Part shown: one piece after another, positions 48,571 to 56,743 of the stretch
How the letters are laid out: each line of letters starts with the position of its first letter
Numbering within the stretch: position 1 is the stretch's first letter
Assembly: GCA_001189155.1 (NCBI GenBank)
Contig: LFCP01000004.1
Location: 1,998-65,997 of the forward strand
Reading direction: 5' to 3'
Length of the DNA stretch: 64,000 nt
Origin: Parcubacteria bacterium C7867-006
GTDB lineage: Bacteria > Patescibacteriota > Minisyncoccia > Phycocordibacterales > DATDWN01
Program-made: the position numbers and the translations under genes
The notes under the pieces: model-generated
Told to the model about the DNA's origin: nothing
The model's database searches: none
Seen by the model: only the letters and a program-made list of their open reading frames with translations

Positions 48571-49410
48571 CTAGGTCTTCAGCACGCCGAAGAACTGACG
48601 TGCAGCAGCCTGAACCGCAGTGAGCTCAGCTTCAGCCTTATCAGCCCGACTCTTCTCTTGAGCCAAGGCTTCGTTCGCCAACTTCAGATCAGCGGTGACT
48701 TTCGCAACCTCCTCGCGGTAAAGCTCAAGCTCCGCGAGCTGATCCTGGGTAGAAGCAATCTGCCCCTCGAGTTCAGAGACTCTCATGGACAGATCGGTGC
48801 TCTGTTTCTGCAGTGGAGCGATCGAGCGACGGAGTTCGTCACACTCCTGCTCCTTCCTGATAAACAGTTGATACTGTTTGAGAACATTGTCGATGACCTC
48901 ACCCAGGTTGGGAATCCCACTTCGGAACTTCTCCAACTGACGGGCAGAATCGCTCCAGCCCTTATAGGGAGAAGACGAGCCGTTCCCGTCAGCCTTGTTC
49001 AGATCCTGAACAAGAACCGACGGAACAGGACCCTGATCCTCCACCGATGGATGTTCCTTCGGCTTCTCCTTTTCATTCGGGTAAGCCGAACTAAGAAGAT
49101 CCCGAATCTCAGCGGGGGTCAGAGTCTTGGGATGAAGAATCGCTCCATCGGGCCGGTCGTTCTTGATCTTCATCGTCAGCTCGTGATCGACGAAGCGGGT
49201 CTGAAGAATGAGTCCCGTGTTGCTCGGAACTGTGCACTTCTTACTGTCATCAGTGAACCAGAACAGCAAACGTCGGTCGCCCTTGTTGTACCAACCACCC
49301 ATGTTGCTCGGCCTGACGCCAGCAACAAGAATGGTGCCGTTGTTGGCGAGAACTGTCTTGGCCTGTTCGATGAGAGTGCTGGTGATCATGATCCGCTCCT
49401 TTTCCGACAC
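48571..49410 (-). CDS. hypothetical protein: N-terminal globular domain + C-terminal coiled-coil (GC-rich islet)
   Basis: RBS aaaggag 7 nt before the ATG on the minus strand. The C-terminal 110 aa is heptad-rich (LQKQSTDLSMRVSELEGQIASTQDQLAELE...). The antisense 297-aa plus-strand ORF is rejected. Confidence 0.5.
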   Translation of the reverse strand: MSEKERIMITSTLIEQAKTVLANNGTILVAGVRPSNMGGWYNKGDRRLLFWFTDDSKKCTVPSNTGLILQTRFVDHELTMKIKNDRPDGAILHPKTLTPAEIRDLLSSAYPNEKEKPKEHPSVEDQGPVPSVLVQDLNKADGNGSSSPYKGWSDSARQLEKFRSGIPNLGEVIDNVLKQYQLFIRKEQECDELRRSIAPLQKQSTDLSMRVSELEGQIASTQDQLAELELYREEVAKVTADLKLANEALAQEKSRADKAEAELTAVQAAARQFFGVLKT

Positions 49411-49509
49411 GTCCGTTTACCACGGACTGGGTTGAGGATTTAAAAAGAACACCTCGAAGGAGGATTATGACATGATTGTTATAATTTGTAAATATAACTA
49501 CTATTTTGT

Positions 49510-50085
49510 TTAATAAACTCTTTTACCGTATTTAACAAATTTAGAAACCCACTTTGCACGTCGTTCTGGAGATATTTTTTTCATTGGTCCACATTTTTTC
49601 ATTTGGGTATGAATACCAGCAAACCAAAGTATTCCATCCTGAATCTCATTTGTATTATCACCAAAAAGAAATCTAGCCAGTATAGGATTAGAATCTGAAG
49701 TTACAAAAACTCTAGCTGTTTTACCCTTTAAAAGCCTCCACCAGCCCAAGCCATTTGGTTTGAACTTGTAAGCAAAACCGGGAAGCCACGATCTATCAAA
49801 CAAACCTTTGAGCAATGCCGGCATTGTAGACCACCATGATGGATAGATAATAACTAAATGGTCACACCATTTAACATCTTCTTGAAACTTCAATAAATCT
49901 GGCTCCAGTGCTTGAATAACTTTGTATCCCTTGTGAAGTATCGGATCAAACTGCATATCACCGAGATTTGTTCTCCTTACCTCGTGACCAGCTTCCTTTG
50001 CACCTTTAGCATAAGCATCCGCAAACTCGCAACACATAGACTCAGTGTCAGGATGCCCCAACAGTACAAAGATTTTTTTAGACAT
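49510..50085 (-). CDS. flavodoxin-like fold NAD(P)H dehydrogenase (quinone) family protein
   Basis: IFVLLGHPDTESMCCEFADAYAKGAKEAGHEV and HLVIIYPSWWSTMPALLKGLFDR match the Flavodoxin_2/NQO-like signature. Confidence 0.65.
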   Translation of the reverse strand: MSKKIFVLLGHPDTESMCCEFADAYAKGAKEAGHEVRRTNLGDMQFDPILHKGYKVIQALEPDLLKFQEDVKWCDHLVIIYPSWWSTMPALLKGLFDRSWLPGFAYKFKPNGLGWWRLLKGKTARVFVTSDSNPILARFLFGDNTNEIQDGILWFAGIHTQMKKCGPMKKISPERRAKWVSKFVKYGKRVY

Positions 50086-50094
50086 ATCTATATA

Positions 50095-50322
50095 TTACAT
50101 CAAACCTTTTAAATCAGCTTCATACTTTTTAACAACCTTCATTGTTGCAGTCATCTGATCACTACCGGTTCTTTTCATTTCATCTTGAACTTCCATACCT
50201 ATTTTCTGAAATAGTTCAGGATTTTTTTCTAACATTGAAAAAACTTTGTCTTGATCAGCCTGAGGAACACCCTTCATCTGACTTCCCAACATTTTTCTTA
50301 ACAGAAATGATTTTATTGACAT
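50095..50322 (-). CDS. small hypothetical protein (75 aa)
   Basis: ORF with no recognisable motif, tight spacing to upstream gene. Confidence 0.3.
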   Translation of the reverse strand: MSIKSFLLRKMLGSQMKGVPQADQDKVFSMLEKNPELFQKIGMEVQDEMKRTGSDQMTATMKVVKKYEADLKGLM

Positions 50323-50385
50323 ATTTTTTGAATTTTTAATTTACTTATCAAATATACTATATGCTACAATATATTCAAACAATCT

Positions 50386-51204
50386 ATGGCAAAGAAAAAA
50401 CAAATCGGAATGAAATGGAAATACACTCTTGGTTTGCTCGGTATATCATTCGGAAGTCTTTTGGGAATGATGTTCTACTATCATCTAGATTTATCCCTAC
50501 TCGCTTCCCTTTCGTTCTATGAAAATCTAGCAAACCCATCAATCAGAATTGTTAGAGTTCAAGAAGGACTACGTAAGGAACAAATCGCAGAGGTTTTTGG
50601 AGATAAACTTGGTTGGTCAGAGAGAGAAAAAGAAGAATTTATAAACGCCCACCTAGCTTTAAACAGTCAGAACCTAGAAGGTAGATATTTCCCAAAAACT
50701 TATATGGTTCTAAAGGACGAAGACCCTATGGGAGTAACTAGTAATATGCTCCACGAATTCATAAAAGAAACCTCTACAATTAAAAAACCGAAACCTTCAG
50801 AAATACTAAATCAAGATACAGTAATAAAAATTGCTTCCATAATCCAAAGAGAAGCTGGTGGAAAAAGTGATATGAAATTAATCTCTGGAATTATCTGGAA
50901 CAGACTTTTCAAAGGAATGAAACTTCAGATTGATGCGACTCTACAGTATGCAAAAGGTTCAGAGGAAGATGGATGGTGGACAAAAGTAGATCCCGAAGAT
51001 AAATCAATCGACTCTTACTACAATACTTATAAATACAACGGCCTTCCACCTAGTGCTATATCAAACCCAGGTTTAGCTGCATTAGATGCTGCATACAATC
51101 CGCAAAAAACAAATTGTCTTTACTATCTGCATGATAAAAAAGGACGGATACATTGTTCTACAACATACGAAGGACATAAAGCTAATATAAAAAAGTACCT
51201 ATAA
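50386..51204 (+). CDS. YceG/MltG-family endolytic transglycosylase, second paralog
   Basis: N-terminal TM and YNTYKYNGLPPSAISNPGLAALDAAYNP. The same signature occurs in 39073..40071. Confidence 0.7.
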   Translation: MAKKKQIGMKWKYTLGLLGISFGSLLGMMFYYHLDLSLLASLSFYENLANPSIRIVRVQEGLRKEQIAEVFGDKLGWSEREKEEFINAHLALNSQNLEGRYFPKTYMVLKDEDPMGVTSNMLHEFIKETSTIKKPKPSEILNQDTVIKIASIIQREAGGKSDMKLISGIIWNRLFKGMKLQIDATLQYAKGSEEDGWWTKVDPEDKSIDSYYNTYKYNGLPPSAISNPGLAALDAAYNPQKTNCLYYLHDKKGRIHCSTTYEGHKANIKKYL

Positions 51205-51212
51205 AATAAACC

Positions 51213-51239
51213 AGGTCGCACTCCGTAGAATGCGACCTG
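51213..51239. terminator. bidirectional hairpin terminator
   Basis: caggtcgca ctccgtagaa tgcgacctg, lying between convergent genes. Confidence 0.5.
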
Positions 51240-51263
51240 AGGGTAAATCTTGTGCCGTGGGTG

Positions 51264-51527
51264 CTAGTCGTGACCCTCCGGACTCATGTTGAGGTTGTCC
51301 CAGCGACAGGCCTTGAGCCCCTCGCAAGAATTGAAGAACGTGCACTTGCGCGCCTCGGAGCCGAGCTGGCAACCGCGCGTCTGGCGATCTCCCGTCGTGA
51401 TGTGACTGAAGAGGATCTCATCAGACTGAATCCTGTTCAGACGCCCTGGCAGGGTAACTCCCTGCAGGGCCCGAAATTCCTCCACAACTTCGATGTGACG
51501 TGTGACTTCGCGGGACAAACCTTCCAT
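51264..51527 (-). CDS. small 4-Cys hypothetical protein (87 aa), GC-rich islet
   Basis: RBS gaggagg 8 nt before the ATG. C-terminal Cys cluster C-x9-C-x6-C-x5-C. The antisense plus ORF is rejected. Confidence 0.45.
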   Translation of the reverse strand: MEGLSREVTRHIEVVEEFRALQGVTLPGRLNRIQSDEILFSHITTGDRQTRGCQLGSEARKCTFFNSCEGLKACRWDNLNMSPEGHD

Positions 51528-51685
51528 TATGCGCCTCCTCTAATATAGTACGACTAACACATTTAGCTGTCAAATAATATTTTTAATATACCAACCAAAA
51601 CAAGGATATATTTATTTATAATTTGACAAAATATTGTTATATATGTAGGATTTTTCTCTGAAAGGCCTTAGGAGGGCCTGAGTTC

Positions 51686-51883
51686 ATGGGGAAAGAGACC
51701 AGAGGATTCGCATCGATGTCACCGGAGAAGCAGCGTGAGATCGCAAGCAAGGGCGGCCGGGCCGCACACGAGAAGGGCAAGGCCCACGAGTGGACCAGCG
51801 ATGAAGCTCGTGAGGCTGGACGCAAGGGCGGCATGGCCAGTCGTGGCGGGCGCGGCAAGACTACCGCTCAGCCGACGACCTAG
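51686..51883 (+). CDS. KGG-repeat general stress protein (YciG/Con-10-like)
   Basis: Repeated KGG/RGG motifs (ASKGGRAAHEKGKAHEWTSDEAREAGRKGGMASRGGRGK). RBS aggaggg. GC-rich. Confidence 0.55.
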   Translation: MGKETRGFASMSPEKQREIASKGGRAAHEKGKAHEWTSDEAREAGRKGGMASRGGRGKTTAQPTT

Positions 51884-51904
51884 TCGACAGTAGCAACGCA
51901 ACGC

Positions 51905-51939
51905 AAACGGGGTGAGCCAGATGGCCCACCCCGTTTTTC
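51905..51939. terminator. bidirectional intrinsic terminator
   Basis: cggggtg agccagatggccc caccccg ttttt. Confidence 0.6.
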
Positions 51940-51962
51940 CTATATTGAGAATTTGAAACTTA

Positions 51963-52649
51963 CTATTGAACTGTTGTCTCTATTTTTGCTGTAGCTTTTA
52001 GAGACTCAATGAATGCAGCTATTAACTGTTGTTGTTTAGTGTTAATTATCTGCTGTTTGATTTGCTCTTTGATGTCTTTTAGAGCAGGAGCTCCTTGCTG
52101 ACCTTTTACATTATCATTGTAGTACTTTGAAACTTCTGCATCAGTAGCTGTTGCGGTACTGATATCTATTTTACTTAGGAGGTATTTCTGAATTGTTAAC
52201 TGCTTTGAAACATTCTCTCTAAGCTGTGCTTCTGTAAGATTTGCCTTTGTAAGCTCGGCTGCAAATTTATCTGCACCACCAACTTGAGCAATCAAAGCAT
52301 CTACTTGTTTCTGAACTTCATCAGCTGTAGCTGTTACTCCAGAAGCTTTTACTGCTTGGTTCAACAACTCATTTCCGATTAGATCATTCAAAACTTGAGC
52401 TTTGATTTTAGGAAGCTCAGTGTCTGTATTTACTCCCTGTGACTTAAGCGTAGATATCACTGAAGCCAACTGTGACTCATATGCTGACTTTGTAATATCA
52501 ACGCCATTTACTTTTGCTACTGTTTCAACAACTGGAGCAACAGCAACCTCAGCTTTAGGCTTGCTGTACATTTTGTAACCAACTGCACCGAAAATCACAA
52601 CCAAAACAACTACCACTGCAACTATTTTTTCTTTACTTAATGTATTCAT
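51963..52649 (-). CDS. SurA N-terminal-domain-like periplasmic chaperone-like protein, membrane-anchored
   Basis: N-terminal TM, then an Ala/Lys-rich helical domain similar to the SurA_N / PpiD N-domain. Confidence 0.5.
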   Translation of the reverse strand: MNTLSKEKIVAVVVVLVVIFGAVGYKMYSKPKAEVAVAPVVETVAKVNGVDITKSAYESQLASVISTLKSQGVNTDTELPKIKAQVLNDLIGNELLNQAVKASGVTATADEVQKQVDALIAQVGGADKFAAELTKANLTEAQLRENVSKQLTIQKYLLSKIDISTATATDAEVSKYYNDNVKGQQGAPALKDIKEQIKQQIINTKQQQLIAAFIESLKATAKIETTVQ

Positions 52650-52871
52650 TATTTATTTTAATTAAAGCAAACAAATTTAATATTCCAACATTCTATCACA
52701 GAGGGTTTCTATAGGCCAACTAGGTTATACAGACTAATTAGGTTAAAACTAATAATCTACGACTATTATACACCCACTGTATTTTTTTATTTCAAATACA
52801 GTTTCACTTTGTAGATATTGACTTTTTTCTATAAATAGGTTAGAAATTACCATTGAAAGGGTTCTTTACAC

Positions 52872-53051
52872 ATGGCAAAATTGAGCAAAGACAATGCTGT
52901 GACGCATGCGCTGCGTCACGGTACGAGCAAGAACTGTGCACACCTCGCCTCCCCATCGAAAGTGAAGGAGGCTAAAGCACCGATTCACGTAGTAGACCGT
53001 TCTCTCCTTTGTGGGGAATGCGTCCCAACAGAGGAGCTCTCCGCAGTCTAG
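52872..53051 (+). CDS. possible tiny protein (59 aa) on a GC-rich islet. Not in ORF track
   Basis: ATG 52872 to TAG 53049-53051 gives MAKLSKDNAVTHALRHGTSKNCAHLASPSKVKEAKAPIHVVDRSLLCGECVPTEELSAV. Followed by a plus-oriented terminator. Weak RBS. Confidence 0.3.
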   Translation: MAKLSKDNAVTHALRHGTSKNCAHLASPSKVKEAKAPIHVVDRSLLCGECVPTEELSAV

Positions 53052-53078
53052 CTCTGGCTAGCTCATGTCATCACACCG

Positions 53079-53115
53079 TGCGCTCGGGCCTTTGGCCCGG
53101 GTGCGCGTTTTTTTA
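53079..53115 (+). terminator. intrinsic terminator (imperfect GC stem + T7 run)
   Basis: gcgctcgggcc tttg gcccgggtgcgcg ttttttt. Confidence 0.45.
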
Positions 53116-53121
53116 TTATTT

Positions 53122-53538
53122 TTACCAGACAGCTATTATCGCCCCCATAACAAGAATACAAACCAGTGATGTAGCCATCTCAAACAACCAGTATTTGAGT
53201 GTCCTTCCCATCCAGATAACTTCCATTGATGATGAAGTTACAATAAAACCGAGCCACATCCAAAATGATATACCCATAGCACCGATAACATTTCCAACAT
53301 TATTGTAATATGAAGATGTCACAAAAATAACAACAGCCAAAACATACGCGAATACAATATTAGCCAAAAAGTTTTGAACCATCTGAGGGATCATATCTGA
53401 AAACTTTTCATTGCCTGTAGGGTGAATATTCGCAAGCTTCATCCAAACTTTTCCAAAAACTGGCCCATGTGCAAGAAAACCAATAACAAAATTAGCAATA
53501 GCAGCTACTAAAACAGCAATATAATTAATTGGTAACAT
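53122..53538 (-). CDS. small polytopic membrane protein (DUF1761-like)
   Basis: Four hydrophobic helices. Weak resemblance to DUF1761 family. Confidence 0.4.
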   Translation of the reverse strand: MLPINYIAVLVAAIANFVIGFLAHGPVFGKVWMKLANIHPTGNEKFSDMIPQMVQNFLANIVFAYVLAVVIFVTSSYYNNVGNVIGAMGISFWMWLGFIVTSSSMEVIWMGRTLKYWLFEMATSLVCILVMGAIIAVW

Positions 53539-53569
53539 AAATAAACATTAAATTTGTAATATCTATATT

Positions 53570-54031
53570 CTAACTCTTTTTTATGTTTTGCACCTCATCT
53601 AGTAGTTTTTTAAGAACAGATTCTATCTCTTCTAGTTTCTTTCTGTCATTCTGTGCTGTTCCCTCTTCTGCATCGACTTCTTTTTCGATTTCATCCACGT
53701 CCTCTTGGATTTCATCAACATCATGTTGGATCTCATCCACGTCTTGTTGAATTTCATCAATATCTTCAGAAATCTCTGTCACTTCCTCAGCAATATCCTC
53801 AATATCCTCCTCCACCTCCTCTAGGGATTGAGTGTTTTCATTAACGGTCATCTGAATAAAAATGGAAAGATATATAGCCTCTAGAGAAACTACTGTTGTA
53901 AGAATAAGCAAAACAGTATCAGTTTTTACCCCCAAAAAAGCCAAAGAAAACATAGCGATAAAAAATATCGTATGTAATACAACGGACATTCTAGAACCAA
54001 CCCATTTTGTAAAATTTCTTTCCCAACTCAT
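53570..54031 (-). CDS. DUF1003-like membrane protein with tandem acidic heptad repeats
   Basis: Two N-terminal TM helices, then four tandem 7-aa repeats DIDEIQQ / DVDEIQH / DVDEIQE / DVDEIEK (21-bp DNA periodicity). Confidence 0.5.
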   Translation of the reverse strand: MSWERNFTKWVGSRMSVVLHTIFFIAMFSLAFLGVKTDTVLLILTTVVSLEAIYLSIFIQMTVNENTQSLEEVEEDIEDIAEEVTEISEDIDEIQQDVDEIQHDVDEIQEDVDEIEKEVDAEEGTAQNDRKKLEEIESVLKKLLDEVQNIKKS

Positions 54032-54068
54032 TTATTTTGATTCTAGCATTTTTAAAATATACGACAAA

Positions 54069-54100
54069 GCCCGCGATGGACTAGTCGTCCCATGCGGGCA
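54069..54100. terminator. hairpin terminator downstream of minus-strand islet gene
   Basis: gcccgcgatggactagtcgtcccatgcgggc, immediately after the stop at 54101-54103. Confidence 0.4.
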
Positions 54101-54442
54101 TTACTTTCTGACAAGTCCGAGGTTTGCTCGGACTTTATCGTTCAAATTCTTGATATCTTCAGCCTTCACATCTCCTTTCGGAAGTTCGTTCATCTTGCTC
54201 AGGCACTGAGCCTGAAAAGAAACGTCGTGATCTGCTCTGATAACGAGCAGAGCGGCATCGCTCGAGGCTTGAGCCCCGACCTTCGAGATGGAGGGCCAAC
54301 CAATAGCCCTCACGATGCGTTTCATCACCTGACCGTGTGCCGTTGGCTGAGGTGGATCCGCTCGAGCCATCTCCAAAATCATCTTTGGAATTTCTTCCAC
54401 GACAACTGGTGGATTGTAGAAATGCGAGTTCTTCCAACTCAT
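54101..54442 (-). CDS. hypothetical protein (113 aa) on a GC-rich islet
   Basis: RBS ggaggggg precedes the ATG. GC-ending codons. Overlapping plus-strand ORFs are rejected. Confidence 0.45.
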   Translation of the reverse strand: MSWKNSHFYNPPVVVEEIPKMILEMARADPPQPTAHGQVMKRIVRAIGWPSISKVGAQASSDAALLVIRADHDVSFQAQCLSKMNELPKGDVKAEDIKNLNDKVRANLGLVRK

Positions 54443-54489
54443 AACCCCCTCCAGTTTTATTTATACATCACTTTCAAACAGTGTCAATA

Positions 54490-55047
54490 CTATTCATTAT
54501 CCAAAATGTGCCAGAGGTAAAGAGTAAGATTGGTTCGAGAGCCGAGGTGTGGCTCAGCGAGTTTGAGCATTTGTTTTTCTGACGGAAGTGACTTTAGTTT
54601 GAACGCTTTTTGGAAACCTTTTTTTGTACCCAAATCCCCTAACGGCAAAATATCTGGTCGATTGAGTGCAAAGATAAGAAACATATCTGCTGTCCACGAG
54701 CCTATTCCTTTTACTCTGACTAGGTGTTCTTTCACCTCATCATCCGTCATCTTATGAAAGTTTTTATGATCTATGGTTTTATCTACAAACTTTTCTGCGA
54801 GGTCCGTGAGATACCCAAGTTTCTGTGGAGAAATCCCCGCTCCGCGTAACTCTGCAGTTTTCAGTTTCAGAAAATTCTCTGGTGTAACTTTCTTTCTTCC
54901 AAATAGTGCGAGAAACTTTGTCCGTATCACATTCCCAGCCTTTGTCGATATCTGCTGACCTATGATTGCGTTTGCCAGCGACAAAAACGGATTCTCTGTT
55001 GGAGATATTTTTCTCAGTTTCTTTTTATCTATCTTGAGTTTCATCAA
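54490..55047 (-). CDS. HhH-GPD superfamily DNA glycosylase (AlkA-like 3-methyladenine glycosylase)
   Basis: Helix-hairpin-helix with GIGSWTADMFLIFAL and catalytic Asp context PLGDLG. Confidence 0.65.
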   Translation of the reverse strand: MMKLKIDKKKLRKISPTENPFLSLANAIIGQQISTKAGNVIRTKFLALFGRKKVTPENFLKLKTAELRGAGISPQKLGYLTDLAEKFVDKTIDHKNFHKMTDDEVKEHLVRVKGIGSWTADMFLIFALNRPDILPLGDLGTKKGFQKAFKLKSLPSEKQMLKLAEPHLGSRTNLTLYLWHILDNE

Positions 55048-55052
55048 ACAAA

Positions 55053-55463
55053 TTATTCTTTAATTCGCATTGATAGGACAAAAATCAAAACATAGAATAT
55101 TAGTCCTAGAGCGCATGTTGGTAAACCTAGAGCATATGCTTTTATTCCATCTGTAAACAATAGAGGTAACTCTTTGAAAGTAAAATATCCAGCAAACAGA
55201 ATTCCCAAAAGTGAAACTCCCGATACAATTCTCAATCCCTTTGCTAACAAGACACGATTTGTTATGAGTAGATAACTTGTAACACTGAGAACGAGGTACA
55301 TAGCGAAACCATAGTAACAAGCCGGATATCCTAGGAAATACGGACACGACTCGTTAAAAGCACATGTCTCAGTAAAAAACTTTATCCCTCCTATATAACC
55401 AGCAAACAACAAACCACCAAAAGAAAATACGAACAATAAAATTGTTTTTATGTCTTTTTTCAT
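55053..55463 (-). CDS. small membrane protein with paired Cys motifs (possible VKOR/DsbB-like thiol oxidoreductase)
   Basis: Four TM helices. Cys pairs TETCAFNESCPYF and PACYYG sit in a loop. Confidence 0.35.
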   Translation of the reverse strand: MKKDIKTILLFVFSFGGLLFAGYIGGIKFFTETCAFNESCPYFLGYPACYYGFAMYLVLSVTSYLLITNRVLLAKGLRIVSGVSLLGILFAGYFTFKELPLLFTDGIKAYALGLPTCALGLIFYVLIFVLSMRIKE

Positions 55464-55513
55464 ACCCCCATTATACTCCTATTTTAAAAAATGAAGTGAT
55501 AAGTATTCTTAAA

Positions 55514-56011
55514 TTATTTATTTAAATGATTATTTAAAAGCTCCATCGCTCTTTGCATTATTCTGTCTCCAACCTCACCCCAATCAAAATATTTTTTATA
55601 TTCCAACGGATCTATGAGTTTTATTTCCATAATTTCCCCATCCGGATCGGCTACAAATTCACCATATGGTTCAACTATACACAACGAACGAGTTTGTTTT
55701 GATATTTTGGTTGGTGTCTCGAACACTGAATATCCGATTATCTCCTGATGCAAAACTTTCATGTTAGTTTCCTCCCCAACCTCCCTTTCCGTCGTTTGCA
55801 AATAATTTTCACCTTCCTCTCTATGACCACCTGGTGGTATCCAACCTACTTTTGGATGATTTACCAAAACTAATTTTCGGTCACAAAAACAAAAAGCATG
55901 TGTGCCTTCAAAATCCATATCATTTAGTACACCATCCAAATCACCTTCGTCATAGTAGGATTGTTTTACCAACTGACCAGATTTGTTTGTATATGTTGAT
56001 TTAATTATCAT
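55514..56011 (-). CDS. NUDIX hydrolase
   Basis: Nudix box GGHREEGENYLQTTEREVGEETN. Confidence 0.75.
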   Translation of the reverse strand: MIIKSTYTNKSGQLVKQSYYDEGDLDGVLNDMDFEGTHAFCFCDRKLVLVNHPKVGWIPPGGHREEGENYLQTTEREVGEETNMKVLHQEIIGYSVFETPTKISKQTRSLCIVEPYGEFVADPDGEIMEIKLIDPLEYKKYFDWGEVGDRIMQRAMELLNNHLNK

Positions 56012-56543
56012 TTAAATACTGTATTAATTTTGAATACTCCTCATCATGATCAGCGAACATCCTCACATCAGTCCTCGTCCAATTTTCAAATGTCTCCAGA
56101 TCCAACCATCTTACTTCATCAACCTCATTTTTCTCAATTTTCAAATTTGATATATCTAAATCACGGCGGACTACATACACATCATTTATTTCATTATCAA
56201 TAAAATCATCGAAATGTTTCATTACCCGAGCTCTTACTGTAAAGACCAACTGATATTCCTCTTTTGGAATATCTAAACCAATCTCCTCTCTAGTTTCCTT
56301 TTGTGCTCCTTCAACACTAGTCTCTCCAGACGATACATGTCCACCAACTCCCGCATCCCAAAGTCCTGGAAAAATCTTCTTATTCATTGATCTTTTCTGA
56401 ACAAGAACCTCACCTTTTGAATTTACAAACCACACACGTGCTGTTCGATGAAGCAACCCTCTTTTATGAACTTCTTTGTATGTTAAAGACTCACCAGTTG
56501 GTGATCCATCTTCATTTAAAATATCTAGATATTCTTCTATCAT
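56001..56543 (-). CDS. NUDIX hydrolase
   Basis: Nudix box GGHVSSGETSVEGAQKETREEIG. Confidence 0.75.
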   Translation of the reverse strand: MIEEYLDILNEDGSPTGESLTYKEVHKRGLLHRTARVWFVNSKGEVLVQKRSMNKKIFPGLWDAGVGGHVSSGETSVEGAQKETREEIGLDIPKEEYQLVFTVRARVMKHFDDFIDNEINDVYVVRRDLDISNLKIEKNEVDEVRWLDLETFENWTRTDVRMFADHDEEYSKLIQYLNDN

Positions 56544-56743
56544 ATTATTATTTTACTCCACCACCTCCTTCTCCGTTAACCAAAAGCTGTGGTGTGACAG
56601 GTATCAAAACCCCAATCCCAATCATATCGATAAGTATCGTCAAATATAAAAACCAAATTTTCTTATGCATGAGGATATACTAGCATTTTTATTCAATATA
56701 TTAAAAAAGAAAGATTGCAAAACCGTAAGTAAAAGTTAACGAT

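Noticed and set aside
48550-49443. 297-aa plus-strand ORF covering the same DNA as the minus-strand 279-aa gene
   Set aside because: The minus-strand frame has a canonical aaaggag RBS, a heptad-periodic coiled-coil and its own terminator. The plus-strand frame is Arg/Leu-rich with no initiation signals.
49455-49510. 13-codon mini-ORF (MIVIICKYNYYFV) after a strong aaggagga RBS
   Set aside because: It is too short and low-complexity to call a gene. It is probably a remnant initiation region at the islet edge, and is mentioned within the islet finding only.
51252-51548. 98-aa plus-strand ORF overlapping the 4-Cys minus-strand gene
   Set aside because: The minus-strand ORF has a gaggagg RBS at ideal spacing. 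The plus frame lacks one and reads through the upstream terminator hairpin.
53640-53760. 21-bp tandem repeats as a possible CRISPR-like or satellite array
   Set aside because: The repeats are in-frame inside a coding sequence and encode a heptad acidic helix. No spacer-repeat architecture and no cas genes are present.
53009-54520. Plus-strand ORFs 53009..53308, 53653..53844, 53862..54209 and 54092..54520
   Set aside because: All are antisense to minus-strand membrane or islet genes that have RBS and terminators. They have no initiation signals of their own.
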